From: Octopus vulgaris
Lineage: Eukaryota
Assembly: GCA_951406725.2 (NCBI GenBank)
Contig: OX597823.1
Span: 50,344,001 to 50,408,000, forward strand
DNA: 64,000 bases
Direction of reading: 5' to 3'
Shown here: piece after piece, positions 12,831 through 27,088 of the stretch
Numbering within the stretch: position 1 is the first letter of the stretch
How the letters are laid out: the number at the start of each line of letters is the position of its first letter
Notes under the pieces: generated by a model
What the model was told of the DNA's origin: nothing
Databases searched by the model: none
Seen by the model: the letters and a program-made list of their open reading frames with translations, nothing else
Translations under genes and position numbers: made by a program

Positions 12831-13421
12831 CTGTAAAAAAAAAAAAAAAATATATATATATATTTTTAAACCATGATATTATTTTACTCCCTTCTGTATC
12901 TCTCTCACACACATATATGTACACATCATAGTGTTTAACTAACTAATGAATAAAAAAATTATGGTTGTAGCTGGGTGTTAGGATTGTCAGATCAGATTCA
13001 CAAAATGTAGTCACAATTTTCAAAAGATAGCAGATGGCACTACATTACATTACAAAACAGCTCACAATGAAAATTTTACAAAGAAATTTTTAAATATCTA
13101 CCAATATAATTGTCGACATGTCTCCATCCTTCTATTTAGACACTGGAAACATTTTTACCACTGTTACTAGTGTCAGGTAATGACACATTACTTGGAATTA
13201 ATTGATAGCTAAGCACTATTATATAAATATACAGACATACAATACACACACACACATGAGTAAGCATAATGAGAAGCAATTTAGGCAAGCCGATCTATCT
13301 AGCTAGCTAGTTAGACAGACAGACGAATAGATATATACATTATATATATATATATATATATATATTACGGAGATGTACTTGCATAGCAAGTGACCTGATC
13401 TGAGATCGTGTGCTGGAACGA

Positions 13422-13631
13422 AAACAATTGCAGCATGGAAGGTGTTTATAAGCCATTTAAGAAACACACAAAATTAAATTTAAGTTGTCAAAATATTTTC
13501 GTCGCTTTGAGACCGCGACCTGTTCACTGACAAAATTCTGTGACAAATTAAATTTAAATGTTAAAGTGAATCTAACGGTTTTTGGGTGTTTCTTAAATGG
13601 CTTATAAACACCTTCCATGCTGCAATTGTTT
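13422..13631. repeat. Inverted-repeat element between (TA)n tracts
   Basis: aaacaattgcagcatggaaggtgtttataagccatttaagaaacac pairs with gtgtttcttaaatggcttataaacaccttccatgctgcaattgttt. Confidence 0.9.
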
Positions 13632-13873
13632 ATATATATATATACATATATAGAAAAAAGAGTCAAGGTAGAAAATGCTAAAATAATTTTATAAAAAATA
13701 TTTCAGTACCGGTTTCAGTCATTGAGACTTTTTCAACTGTAAGTATGGAAAACAATTAAATTTTGGAAAAAATTAAAAGAAAAGTTTTGTAAATGAATAT
13801 TAACATAGTATTCAAATACAAGAGACATTTTCTTTGTTTCTGCCTGTCTCTGTCTCTCTTGTAGGTTTGAGGT

Positions 13874-13946
<73 letters not shown>

Positions 13947-14559
13947 TAGAGAGAGAGAGATGTAAAGGTATGATCCAAGGATCAAAGCTAGCTATGAAGC
14001 ATATGTAGCCTGGATTTTTATCTACTCCATTCCCTAATTTTGGGATATATATATGTATGTAGATATGTATGTATATATGTATGTATGTATATATGTATGT
14101 ATGTATATATGTATGTATGTATAGATAGATACATGTTTTTATGTTCAGTTATAATAAAAATAATTTGACAGGAATCTGATGGACCGGATGTTGGCTTAGC
14201 TGGCCAAAACTTCAAAGTCAGTGTCAATAATATTCTTGTTTAAGAATGTGTGTACATGTGTGTCCATCTACATATAAATACAGAAATAAAGTATATCTGT
14301 ACATATATAGTATATTTTTTTGTATACATACGTGGGTGTACACACACACACAAAGAATGCTGGGTCTGAGGTGTATTTGAGAACACTTAATTACCAATAA
14401 AATACTTTCTTCAAACCAAATTTTTTTTATTTCTTTCACATCCTCCATAACAAATAAAATGTTAACACAAGAAATTAAGAAGACATAATGTTATTGTTGC
14501 CATATGTGTTGAACAGAGCAATTTAGAAAATGCCATTTTCCTAAATCTTGCAAGATATT

Positions 14560-15580
14560 TTCAACACAGAGTTAAGATGGAACTAAAAGCCTCTGGTGGG
14601 GATGTTTCAACTTTATCAAAGGTAAAATAAACATTCTAAACTTTTGGATATTATATGAACGCTGCAACACACCCAATGGAGTCAAGACATTATTGATGTT
14701 GATCCCAGGAAATCAATGAGGACCATCACCAAAGCATTTCAGGTGTTGGAGTGGACCATTAGAGCTATGGTGATACAAGTTGTATCAACTGATAAGTATT
14801 GATACAGGCCATATATACTGCAAAGATACAAGGAAACAGATTGATCCATGCTAAACAGTTACCTAATGAGGTTAAAAACCTTAATAGACTTAGCATGCAT
14901 TGGTTCTTCTCTGGTGAGAAAAACTTCAATCAACCTTAAGTCTAACAGGAGATATGATAGATAGTAATGTGCTGGTCCTTCTGATGTACCCAGTGTTGTT
15001 TGTTCCTTCTCAAGCCATGCCTGTCTCATAAGGGCCGGTTCCCCAGTTTCCTTGGCATATAGGTTCCCCACCCATAGTTTAGGATTTAAATCCTATAGTA
15101 GCCTATAGGATTTAAATCTTGTAAATCTGGTCTGTCACAGGTGAGCTGCAAGATGCAGGAGGAAAGAGTGAGAGAAAGTTGTGGCAAAAGAGTCAGCAGA
15201 AGTTCGGCATTACCTTCTGCTGGAGCCGCGTAGAGCTTAGGTGTTTCGCTCATAAACACACACATCACCCGGTCAGAGATTTGAACCTGCGATCCCTCGA
15301 TCACGAGTCCGCTGCTCTAACTACTAGGCCATGTGCCTCCACAGTGTACCCAGAGTGATGTGCATTAAGTTTCTATCAGCTATGATAGTTTTAAGTGTGG
15401 TGAATAATGAAAGCTATGTTATGTCATTTCACACTTTTCTACCAGATCTTAGAATTAATACTTCTGAGTACACTGGGTTGCTGGAGACAGTTGTTTAGCC
15501 CTGGATGGATGAAGTATGCAGGACTCAGAACTTACACACAAAACCCATGAAACCCAAGAACAGATACTAAACAATCTTTA
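14560..15580 (+). mobile_element. Decayed DD37D (maT-like) transposase fragment interrupted by a tRNA-SINE (about 14997-15343, minus)
   Basis: IIDVDPRKSMRTITK and WFFSGEKNFNQ motifs paralleling the copy at 21550-22500. Confidence 0.6.
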
Positions 15581-16299
15581 AAATCATGTAACACTAAACC
15601 TGTAGCTTCCAAATTTACAAGATTTAAATCCTATAGGCTACTATAGGATTTAAATCCTAAACTACTATGTTTGAAGCCTCATTGAAAGGGTAACTAATCG
15701 ACAGCCTCTCAATAGCATAGCTTCGCTCAAGGCCACTATTCTCCAGGTGAAGTCTGTAATGACTGACGACCATTAAGTGCAGGCATGTTAACAATTCCAA
15801 TTCCACACAGAAGAAATTATTGAAGCTGAAGGCAAATATATAGAATAATGTTATAAGAAAGCTTATCAAGGATATCTTGTCTCTTTTGCTTGTTTTACAG
15901 TATTTGTTTCCATTCCAAACCTTCTGAATGTTCAGGTTGGTGTGGTGAATATGTCTGTATCTAACCAATAAAGTATCTTGTGAAGGAAGGTAACAGGAGC
16001 CACCTGTGTTCTACAAAAATTCCATGACAAGAATCATTGTGTTTAATATCATAGAATTCATCAAGGATTGTCAATCTAATGACATAGTAAGATGTTTTTT
16101 GAAATCAATAATATGCTCGACATTATAGAATTTTAACTAGATGGATGACAACTAAATATGTCACCAGGGTTTTGATATTTAAAAAAAAATATTTCAATTT
16201 ATTTTTCGTTATTGATTTGGTCTGTGTGCACTGCTTTTAAATTGATAAAATTTCAAATTATTTTCTCTTTCTACAACATCAGGTTGATAAATGACTCTA

Positions 16300-16686
16300 C
16301 ATTCTTTTACTTGTTTCATTCATTTGACTGTGGCCATGCTGGAGCACGGCCTTTAGTCGAGCAAATCAACCCAAGGACTTATTCTTTGTAAGCCTAGTAC
16401 TTATTCTATTGGTCTCTTTTGCCGAACTGCTAAGTTACAGGAATGTAAACACGCCAGCATCGGTTGTCAAGCGATGTTGGTGGGGACAAACACACAAACA
16501 TATACACACACATACATATATACAACGGCTTCTTTCAGTTTCTGTCTACCAAATCCACTCACAAGGCTTTGGTCGGTCCGAGGCTATTGTAGAAGACACT
16601 TGCCCAAGATGCCATGCAGTGGGACTGAACTCGGAACCATGTGGTTGGTAAGCAAACTACTTACCACACAGCCACTCCTGCGCCTA
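16300..16686 (-). mobile_element. tRNA-derived SINE with internal (CA/TA)n; family copies also near 17842-18590(+), 20070-20540, 21110-21450, 26445-26810, 29205-29615, 57330-57975
   Basis: Minus-strand head ggcgcaggagtggctgtgtggtaag...ggttccgagttcagtccc with A/B-box-like motifs; many near-identical copies in window. Confidence 0.9.
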
Positions 16687-17045
16687 CATGTTAACTCTAC
16701 TAAAACACACATTCAAAGGGACCTGGTAAACAGTTATGCCTGAGGACCCTTAATACTCTCAGTCTGCCCCTGCACTAAGGTGATCTTTTACAGCCTGATG
16801 CTTTTTTTTCTGTCAACCTTTTTAGATGTCTCTTACAATGCATGTATGTACAGCTGCAGGCATGGGTGTGTGATTACGAAGTTTGCTTCCCAACCATGTG
16901 GTTTTAGGTTCAGTATCATTATGTAACACCTTGGGCAAGTGTCTCCCACTGTAATCCTGGGCTGATCAATGCTTTATGAGTGAATTTGGCAGACAGAAAC
17001 TTGGAAGTCTGTTGATTATATTTTATATGTGCATATATATGTATG

Positions 17046-17083
<38 letters not shown>

Positions 17084-17504
17084 GATGTTGACTGACAAGG
17101 AATTATCTATGAATTTTCTGTAAAATTTTCTGTTTGTTGCTTTTTGTTAAATCATCATCACCACCACCACCACCACCACCAACACCATCATCATCTAATG
17201 TTCGCTTTCCATGATGGCATGGGTTGGATGGTTTGACTGAAAACTTAAGCCAGGGAGCTGCACTAGGTTCCAATCTGATTTGGCATGGTTTTTACAGCCG
17301 GATGCCCTTCCTAATGCCAACCACTCCAAGAGTGTAGTGGATGCTTTTTACATGAAAACAATGAGTTATTAATAAGGGTTTAGTAATTAGTCGATGTGTT
17401 GGACTGATGATGATAGCATTTAAAGGGGTTACCTCTATATTTTCAACTGATCAATCGAGTAAACTTGTTTCTCTTCTCATAACTCGAGACAGTTTATTAC
17501 TTAC

Positions 17505-17607
17505 TTTTTTGTTTTCTTCCAGTGAATTCGTCCAAGTCCACAGATGAATTTTATAGTCACCATGACGAACAGCCATCAATTGATTGCCACGGTAGTAAAA
17601 AATTGGT
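17505..17607 (-). CDS. GALNS: GALNS exon 11
   Basis: tag|(R)[34 protein letters not shown]|gtaagt; 103 nt. Confidence 0.97.
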
Positions 17608-17675
17608 CTACAATTAAAAACGAATCAGTCTTGGTATCTGTTACTGATGTCAGAAATACATTTAAGATAAAGATA

Positions 17676-19310
17676 CGAGGTGGTATCAAAAAGTTTCCGG
17701 ACTAGTTCCACAGTGCACCAACAGTGTGCACTACAGTGTTATGTGCACAGTGAGAGCTAGCAGTGGCCTTCATGAAGCAGTGTGCTGAGTGGCATCACTG
17801 TGTTTGCTTCACAAGTGGTGAAATTAGTGTTTTTGTGATAATAGGAGTGGCTGTGCTGTAAGTAGCTTGCTTACCAACCACATGGTTCCGGGTTCAGTCC
17901 CATTGTGTGGCACCTTGGGCAAGTGTCTTCTACTATAGCTTCGGGCCAATCAAAGCCTTGTGAGTGGATTTGGTAGATGGAAACTGAAAGAAGCCTGTTG
18001 TATATATGTATATATATATATACAAAATGAGAAATATATCTAAATCAATCATCAACTATCAGATAATACCGAATCATATACTTTATTAAAACACTACACA
18101 ATAGCAATGAGATTAGACATTAATACAGTACAATAATTACAATCAATATGGTGAGATATAACTAAATAAATATAACAAGATATAAAAATACATTTACATT
18201 ATAACTGACAGCTGTTTTGGCCATGAAGATAGGTATGTCTCATTTAACCTATTAGCCATATAATGCAGGTATAAATGAGATATTAACAAGAATCCCATGG
18301 AGGGTTGAATTTACAACCCCTATCTCATTTAATAGATATATATATATATATATATATAGATATGTAAGTGTGTGTGTGTATGTGTGTCTGTGTTTGTCCC
18401 TGCAACATCGCTTGACAACCGATGCTGGTGTGTTTATGTCCCCGTAACTTAGCGGTTCAGCAAAAGAGTCCGATAGAAGAAGTACTAAGCTTACAAGGAA
18501 TAAGTCCTGGGGTTGATTTGCTTGACTAAAGATGGTGCTCCAGCATGGCCGCAGTCCAATGACTGAAACAAGTAAAAGAGTAAAAGAGTATGTGTATGCT
18601 GTAGTCTGCAATTTTTGTTATGGACAGGAAGTTGGAACAAAGAGCCAACATGAAATTTTACATTAAACTTGGAACATCTCCTACAGAGATATTGAGCATG
18701 CTTTGGCAAGCTTACAGTGATGAGGCAATGAGTCATACATAATGTTTTGAGTAGTATGGGGGCTTCAAAAGTAGAAGAACATTCCTGGAAGACAATCTGT
18801 AAGACCTGCCATGAGTATTTCCCCAAGAAATGTGGAGAAAATTCATCAGCTTGTACATGAAGATCGTTGGCGGACAATTAATGATATTTTGAAACATTTG
18901 TGGGAGCTGTGGAGTGTGAAGAATTGGATTCATGACGACAACAAAGCACCCTGTGACTAAGCTCTCCTCACTGAGGGGTTTCTCACCAAAAACAACAAGG
19001 TATTGCTTCTGCACCTGCCCTATTTGCCAGATTTAGCACTTGTGGACATTTATCTCTTCACTGAGAGGGAAGTACAGCTCAAAGGTCAGCATTTTAACAC
19101 TGTTGTTGAGATCAAGAGCAAATCACAGATGATCCTCAACTTGCTTATGAAAAATCACTTCCAGGCCAGATTCTAAAAATGGCAAAAATGCTGGGACCAG
19201 TGTATTGCTGGACAAAGTGACTATTTCAGAGGAGATGATGTTAAAACTTAGGTAAATAAATAATTTCATATTAAACATAACTAGTCCTGGAACTTTTTGA
19301 TACCACCGCA
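17676..19310 (+). mobile_element. Mariner element (internally deleted, SINE-interrupted) with both TIRs and TA TSD
   Basis: TA-cgaggtggtatcaaaaagtttccggactagtt ... aactagtcctggaactttttgataccaccgca-TA; EQRANMKFYIKLG and PYLPDLALVDIYLF relics. Confidence 0.88.
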
Positions 19311-20316
19311 TACAGTTCTAAGAAAGTTAAGATTTTATACATTGTTATATCAGGTTTTGTTGACGTAAGACCAACTTATGATCAAAGGCTTTGACCATTT
19401 AATTATTTTTGTCAGGTATGCTATATCTAGGACTATGAGCCAATGCGTCCTTTCACTTTATCCCTTCAGCATTCAGATTACTTTGTCAAAATGTAATACC
19501 TATTTATTGACATTGTTTTGAATTAATCGTATATTATCTTGCAGTTTTGAAATTTCGATGATGAGATTGTATTTGTTTACAATAACATTGTAGGATAGGT
19601 GTGAGAGACAAGATCTGACCAGTTTGAACATAAAACATGTAGAATATTTGGACTGGATATGGTTGGTTTAAATAGGTATCACTATAAATTTTTGAAAATA
19701 TTTATATCTAATTATTAGTGTACTGTTTCTTGGAGAACATCCAAAAAGAAATATTTTGATACCACATTTGTGAAATTTGGATAAATATTTTTGGAAATAT
19801 GGCAATCTGAATGGTCAGTGAACTGGTTGAAATCTTGCCTAATTAGGCCCAAATGAATAATTAGCCATATTTGTGATGTCATATCTTTGAAACTGAGGTT
19901 TCATGTTTAAATTACAAAAATTAATACTGCCCATGGGATGGTAGATGCCTATTTTTTATTCAGGTTCTTGAAAATAAAACTTTTTTCAGCAATTTATAAA
20001 AATAATTATGTAAAGCCTATTTTTTAACCATGCAGTCACACCTCCATCCAGCATGCTGCCCTTGTTATCTTATCTTTTACTTGTTTCAGTCATAAGACTG
20101 CAGCCATGCTGGGGCACCATCTTGAGGAATTTTATTGGAATGAATTGACCCTAGTACATTTTTTTAAAGCCTGGTACTTATGCTGTTGGATTCTTTTGTT
20201 GCTGTAACTGTTAAGTTACAGTGATGTAATCTCACCAACACCAGTTGTCAAGCAGTGGAGGGGGACAAACATGGACACAATGGCACATGCGTGCACACAC
20301 ACACACACACACACAT

Positions 20317-20350
<34 letters not shown>

Positions 20351-20596
20351 ACACACACACACGTACACACACACAGGCTTCTTTCAATTTCCACCTATCA
20401 AATCCATTCACAAAGCTTTGGTTGGCCCAAGGCTATAATAGAACACACTTGTCCAAAGTGCCATGCAGTGGGATTGAACCCAGAACCAAATGGTTGGGAA
20501 GCAAACTTCTCAAAGTTCTTACTACACTGCCATGCCTGCACCTTCATGTTCACTTACCTTTCATTTAGCACCTACGCAATCTCTTTACACACACAC

Positions 20597-20638
<42 letters not shown>

Positions 20639-20708
20639 GATGACTGAGACGATAGATATAAAGAAAGAAAACCACTGAGGAACATTCCTATCTTGGCGAC
20701 AGACATAC

Positions 20709-20845
20709 CTGTCTGTAATATGGTTCGAGAGCAATGTTTCTTTCAGACTGATTCCATCGATGATTCGATCAGTTGGTATTGGAATATTGGCAAAATCTAA
20801 CACAGTGGAAAACAAATCCATCAAAGATCCCAACTGATGGGAAAC
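20709..20845 (-). CDS. GALNS: GALNS exon 10
   Basis: cag|VSHQLGSLMDLFSTVLDFANIPIPTDRIIDGISLKETLLSNHITD(R)|gtatgt; 137 nt. Confidence 0.97.
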
Positions 20846-21454
20846 CTGAAACAAGAGAGAAATAAAGTTGACAGCGTTAGAAACGAGAAGTATTGTTATA
20901 GATTTGATTGTACATTAGGAAAATGGAGCGGCTACAGTGGGAGCACGGGGCAGATTGATATTAATGAACAACTCATATTGGCTAGAAGAGTAGAAGGTTG
21001 TAATAGTGATGTGCAGTGGCTTTACTGAAATAGAGAGGATTGGTCATGAGAATACGATGAAGCTAAACGCTTATGATGCACACTTACACATGTATCTATC
21101 GATATATTCTTTTATTCTTTTACTAGTTTTGGTCATTTGACTACAGCCATACTGGAGCACTGCTTTGAAGTGTTTTCTTAACTGAACAGATCAAACCCTG
21201 GAGTTATCTTTTTCTTTTTAAGCTTGGTACTTATTCTATCAGTCACTTTTGCTGAACTGCTAAGTTATGAGGATATAAACACACCAACACTGGTTGTCAA
21301 GTGATGATGGGAGCACAAACACACACACACATATATATATATATATGATGGTCTTCTTTCAGTTTCTGTCTACAACATCCACTCACAAGGCTTTGGTCAG
21401 CCTGAGGCTATAGTAGAAGACACTTGCCCAAGGTGCCACCCTGTGGGACTGGGT

Positions 21455-22642
21455 ACTGTCTGTGAGAAAAACAGCACCATGACACATTTCACTCTGCCAA
21501 AATTTAGAAAAGACATGCTATACTGCTTGGCATTCACACCGGAAGCTCCAATATGAACATTTCAGAGTGTTTGGATGTCAATCTGAGGACAGTGCAGAGG
21601 ATTTGGAAAGAGTTGGATGAGTCTAATGGTGTTTACAAAGGCGCAGCTGCTCAGAAAACTCACTCTGATCATTTTGATGTGAAAAGAACTCCTGAATTTG
21701 TTGGTGTGATCAAGGCCATGTTTGACAACAATCCCACCAAGTCAATCAGGTCCAATGCCAGGGATATGAGAGTGTTTGAGTTTCTTACCAGGCAGGCAGT
21801 GCATGAAGACATTCGATATTCCTCATCCAAGATGAGAAAGATCCAACTTTTATCTCAAGCCATCAAGGACAAGAGGAAAGATCATGCTATGAAGCCTTTG
21901 AATAAACTCAAGCATCCCCTCAACTGAACATGCTCTGGTTTTTCTCAGGCGACAAAAATTTCTGCCAGTATCAGATGGTGAACACAGAACAATCGTTAGC
22001 TTGCTGTGTCCCCAAAACATGTACTGAGAGTGATAAAAATCAAACATCCAGTCAACACCATTGAGTGATCACTAGTGATGGTGACATTATGCCTCCATTC
22101 ACCTTCCCACATGGCCTCGGACTCAATATGGAGACCTACATCAAGTGCCTGGAGGAGGTCTGTGCTGCCGTGGGTCAAGAGGGTGGCTTCTGGCAGACCC
22201 TATGTCTGGCAACAGGACTCTGCACTATGCCACACAAGCAGGAGAACCCAGTCATGACTGTCAGACAATTTCTGCGACCACATCACTCCTAACATTTGGC
22301 CACCTAACTCCCGAGACTGCAACCCCCTTGATTATTACGTGTGGGGTGCAGTTGAGCAAGAGATCAACAAAACTTCTTGTAACACCAAAGATGAACTGAA
22401 GGCAAGGATTATGGCAGCATTCACCAACTTAAGCAAGGTGACTGTCCAGAAGAGTTGCAGGAGATTCCAAAGTTGTCTGGAGAGCATGGTTGAAGCCAAT
22501 GGCAATTTTATTGAATAAATTTACTCTTTAGTATTTTAAGATACTTTTATGTAAATATGGTAAATATATCTGTTAAAATGAGATGTCAGTGTTATTTTCC
22601 TTTTTGCATAATTTAGATGACAATTTATTCACTGCACACTGT
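21455..22642 (+). mobile_element. Tc1/mariner DD37D (maT-like) transposon, decayed
   Basis: HTH LDVNLRTVQRIWKEL; WFFSGDKNF; WQQDSALCH...WPPNSRDCNPLDYYVW with 37 residues between the 2nd and 3rd D; stops and frameshifts. Confidence 0.85.
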
Positions 22643-25231
22643 ATATAAAAATTCATCTTGATTTAGTGTCTGGTTTTCATGCTAGCATGGGTAAGATGGT
22701 TTGACTGGGGCTGGTAAGCCAGAGAGCCGCACCAGGCTCCAGTCTATATTGGTTTCTATGGCTTGATGCCCTTCCAAATGTCAACCACTTTACAGAGTCT
22801 ACTGCGTGTTTTTTATGTGTCACTGGCACAAGTGTCTTTTACATGTCACCAGCATGGGTGCCTTTCACATGTCACAGGCATGCACAGATGCAGGTGTGAC
22901 TGAGTGGTAAGAAGTTTGTTTCCCAACCACATACTTCCAGGTTCAGTCCTTCAGTCCCACAGCATAGCACCTTAGGCAAGTGTTTTTTTACTAAAGCAAC
23001 AGACCAAACAAAGCCTTTTGTATTTGGTAGTCGGAAACTGAAAGATCGTCATGTGTGTGTGTGTGTGTGCATGCGTGCATCTGACCATCCACCACCACTT
23101 GTGTTAGTTTGTTTACATTCCTGTAACTTAGTGGTTTGGCAAAAAGAACTTGAATAAGCACAAGGCTTAAAAACAAAGTGGGGGGTTAAATGATGATGAT
23201 TAATATGCAGAGGACAAGTCTGTAGGCACCACTGTTATGCAGTTGCTCAACCTACCACAAATACCATGCCATCTTAAAACAGAACACTTTAAATAATGTA
23301 GTTCAAGGTGGACTATTGCTTGAAGCTGAACAACAAACAAATTCTACAATGATATTTTCTTTGATCTGTCAATGGCTTAAAGTTACAGCGAACAATGGAA
23401 AAATTAGATTTCTGCTATTATTGAGTGAAAAGTTCAATTTCAGCTAGAACAGAAACACATTTACAAATCTAATTATGCCAATATTTTGCAAACGCACAAA
23501 ATTTTAAAGAAAATCAAAGAAAACTATAGAAAGTAGGGGGAAAAAAATTACTGAAAGAAATTGCTTCATACTGCACTTTATACTTGTTTACAGGTATTCA
23601 TTTGTTAATTTTATGTCTTTCTTTTTCATCCTAGCATGGGTTAGATCAATAGATCTTAATTGGGGTCCATATAATATTTTCATCATCATTTCAAAATCAA
23701 CTTTCCTTGCTGGCATGGGTTGGATGGTTTGACAAGATCTGGCTAGGCAGAAGATTGCACCATCAGACTTCTGTATCTGTTTTGGCATGGTTTTTATGGC
23801 TGGATACCCTTCCTAACACCAACCACTTAGCAGAGTGGACAGAGTGCTTTTTGTGTGGCACCAGCACAGGTGAGGTCAATTTTGCTGTAAAAATTTAACA
23901 ACAATAAACTGGTTATATTTCTATAATCCACCCAAACATCTTTGTGTACAATTCCTAATAATATTTAATCATAAAAATATAAGAGGAGTATATAAACATC
24001 GAATGGCTATGCAGATCCTATATGCGGGTCCTACTCCCACTGAGTAAAATAGGAACCAAAGGGGTGCACAGGCAAAATGTGGTTGAGGTCCACTGGGTTA
24101 CATGAATAAGTATTATTGAGGTATAGTTTTTATATCTTGATGCCCTTCTTGTTGCTAACTCATACCTGCTTTTTTAAGTAAGGGAGTTTTTGGTCTACTC
24201 ATCATTAAAAGCACAGAGCTACAAAGAAATTTGCTGAAGGGGAAATATTAACAAACATCAATCTTTTGTGGCAGTGGTGTTACGTGGCTTAGTGGTTAGG
24301 GTGTTGGGCTCATAATTGTAAGATTGCGGTTTCAATTCCGGGACCAGACAATGCATTGTGTTCTTGAGCAAAACACTTCATTCCACATTGCTCCAGTCCA
24401 CTCAGCTAGCAAAAACGAGTAACACTGCGATGGACCAGCATCCCATCCAGGTGGGGAGTATATATGCCATGAAACTAGGAAATTGATCTTTAGGTATCGG
24501 TATGACTAGAGAAGGTAACTTTACAACATTACCGATTATGGTACAATGATTCTTTTTGAAACAACATAGAATGAAAACACTTATACACACCATACACACA
24601 AGTATGCATAACCAGCTTTCTGCATGACTACAATAGAAGACATTTGCCCAAGATGTCACACAATGGCACAGGCCCCAATACCACAAAGCCAAGCCTGCAC
24701 TTTATGTCTGTAGAAATAATGCTTTTCTAGCAAAGTCACCAGAATTGAAATCTTGGGAGAAGATATAAGTAATTACATCAACACTAGTATTTTTGACTGT
24801 TACTTATTTCATTGAATCCAAAAGAAAGAAGGGGCCAAAGTTGGCATCTGCAGAATTTGAACTCGGAGACAAAAAGGCTGCAATTAAAATTCTATTCCCA
24901 TAATATATTGAATTCTGGCAACTAAATCAATTATCCCTTTAAAATTGAGGTTACTCTGTCAAATGTAATGCTTATGTATTCACGTCATTTTGAAATTTTT
25001 AAACTGGTACTCTGTCAGTTAAGACAATGAGGGTTCCATCTGATCCAATCAATGGAATAGTCTGCTGCTCATGAAATTAACATGCATGTGGCTGAGCACT
25101 CCACAGACACATGTGTCGGTATCAGGAAGGACATCTACCTGTAGAATAATGCATCAAAATGTCTTGTCCAATTCATGCTAATATCAAAAGAACTTAAAAA
25201 TGGCAATGACAGTGGTAGTGTAAACAACAGT

Positions 25232-25612
25232 GGAGGCGCAATGGCCCAGTGGTTAGGGCAGCGGACTCGTGGTCGTAGGATCGCGGTTTCGATTCCCAGA
25301 CCGGGCGTTGTGAGTGTTTATTGAACGAAAACACCTAAAACCTCCATGACGCTCCGGCAGGGATGGTGGTGATCCCTGCTGTACTCTTTCACCACAACTT
25401 TCTCTCACTCTTACTTCCTGTTTCTGTTGTACCTGTATTTCAAAGGGCCGGCCTTGTCACTCTCTGTGTCATGCTGAATCTCCCCGAGAACTACGTTAAG
25501 GGTACACGTGTCTGTGGAGTGCTCAGCCACTTACACGTTAATTTCACGAGCAGGCTGTTCCGTTGATCGGATCAACCAGAACTCTCGTCGTCGTAACCGA
25601 CGGAGTGCCTCC
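25232..25612 (+). mobile_element. Young tRNA-derived SINE; near-identical copy 51192-51565, relatives 33570-33850(-) and 38482-38770(+)
   Basis: ggaggcgcaatggcccagtggttagggcagcggactcg...ggtttcgattccc tRNA-like head followed by a shared non-tRNA body. Confidence 0.9.
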
Positions 25613-25912
25613 ATTCCAGTGTAAACAACAACATTGAGACTAATTGATATTGGTTTCAAATTCTGGCACAAATTCAGCAATTTTGGTGGACAGGGTAAGT
25701 TGATTACAACGATCCCTGTGCTCAGCTGGTATTCAATTTATTGACCCCCACAAAAGGATAAAAGGCAAAGTTGATCTCAAGCAGAATTTGAACTCAGAAT
25801 GTGAAAACAAATAAAATACCACTAAGCATTTTGCCTGGTGTGCTAACGTTTCTGCCAGCTTGCTACCTTAAGACTAATTAACTAATATCAATTATGATTA
25901 TTTAATACTCAC

Positions 25913-26016
25913 AACTCCAGCTGGAATTTTACCAGGCCACCATGCAACAGCAGGCTCTCTCATTCCACCTTCAAAAGTTGTTTGTTTTCCACAGAGAAAA
26001 GGTCCATTACTGCCTC
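25913..26016 (-). CDS. GALNS: GALNS exon 9
   Basis: cag|(G)[34 protein letters not shown]|gtgagt; 104 nt. Confidence 0.97.
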
Positions 26017-26064
26017 CTGTACATAAAGACAAGTGCAGAAAAAATTTTAATGTTTTCATTAAAT

Positions 26065-26375
26065 TTTAATTCCGTTTTTGGATTTGGTTGGCAAAATTCT
26101 TTATGTGAGTTTGTGTGTTGAAGCATATTTTGTTGTGTCTGGGGAGAGTAATTCTCTTTTAGTGCCTTATAATTTAACACACTCACCAGTAAAGTTTCAC
26201 TCATGTACTCATTTATTTTTCCTAAAATTTTTGTTGCATCTTGCAACCTTTTCAGTAAGGTTGCAAGAAGCAAAGAAAATTTTAGGGAAAATGAGTAAAT
26301 GAGTGGAAACTTTACCAGTGAGTGTGTTAAATAATAAGGCACTAAAAGAGAATGACCCTCTAGACACAACAAAAT
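26065..26375. repeat. Dispersed repeat folded into a ~250 bp palindrome; single-arm copies at about 2785-2945 and 63425-63620
   Basis: Centre ttgcaaccttttcagtaaggttgcaa; arms pair from about 26127 to 26375. Confidence 0.85.
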
Positions 26376-27047
26376 TAGATTTTAGTATTTTTATCAATAC
26401 ATTTGCTGAGTGAGATTGTCGATAACTCTTATCTACTATATTATTTTACTTGTTTCAGTTATTTGACTGTGACCATGCTGGAGCACCACTTTAAAGGGTA
26501 TTTTAGTTGAGGAACTTAACCCCAGGACTTATTCTTTGCAAGTCTAGTACTTATTCTATTGGTCTGTTTTGCTGAACTGCTAAGTTACAGGGATGTAAAC
26601 ACACCAACATCAGTTGTCCCCATAAATATATACATATACAAATATATGATGGGCTTCTTTTAGTTTCTGTCTACCAAATCCACTCACAAGGGTTTGGTCG
26701 GCCCAAGGCTATAGTAAAAGACACTTGTTCAATGTCCCATGCATGGGACTGAACCCGGAACCATGTGGTTAGGAAGCAAGCTTCTTACCACACAGCCATA
26801 CCTGCACCTATACTTTACTTGTTTCACTTATTGTACTGTGCCCATGCTAAGGCACTGCCTCAGAGGGTTTTAGTCAAACAAATTGCCCCTCAATACTCCC
26901 TTTTAAGTCTCGTACTTAGTCTGTTGGTCTCTTCTGCTGAACTACTAGGTTACAAGGACACAAGCAAACCAACAACAGTTGTCAAGCAGTGGGAACAAAG
27001 ACACACACACACCATCATCATTTAATATTCATTTTCCATGCTGGCAT

Positions 27048-27088
<41 letters not shown>

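Noticed and set aside
20245-20678. HT-repeat ORFs (also YI and MYVC-repeat ORFs at 13733, 41632, 60326, 62161)
   Set aside because: Translations of (CA)n, (TA)n and (TATG)n microsatellites
25232-25310. tRNA gene (also 51192-51270 and 38482-38555)
   Set aside because: The tRNA-like head runs into a shared SINE body in multiple copies, without a proper acceptor stem or terminator
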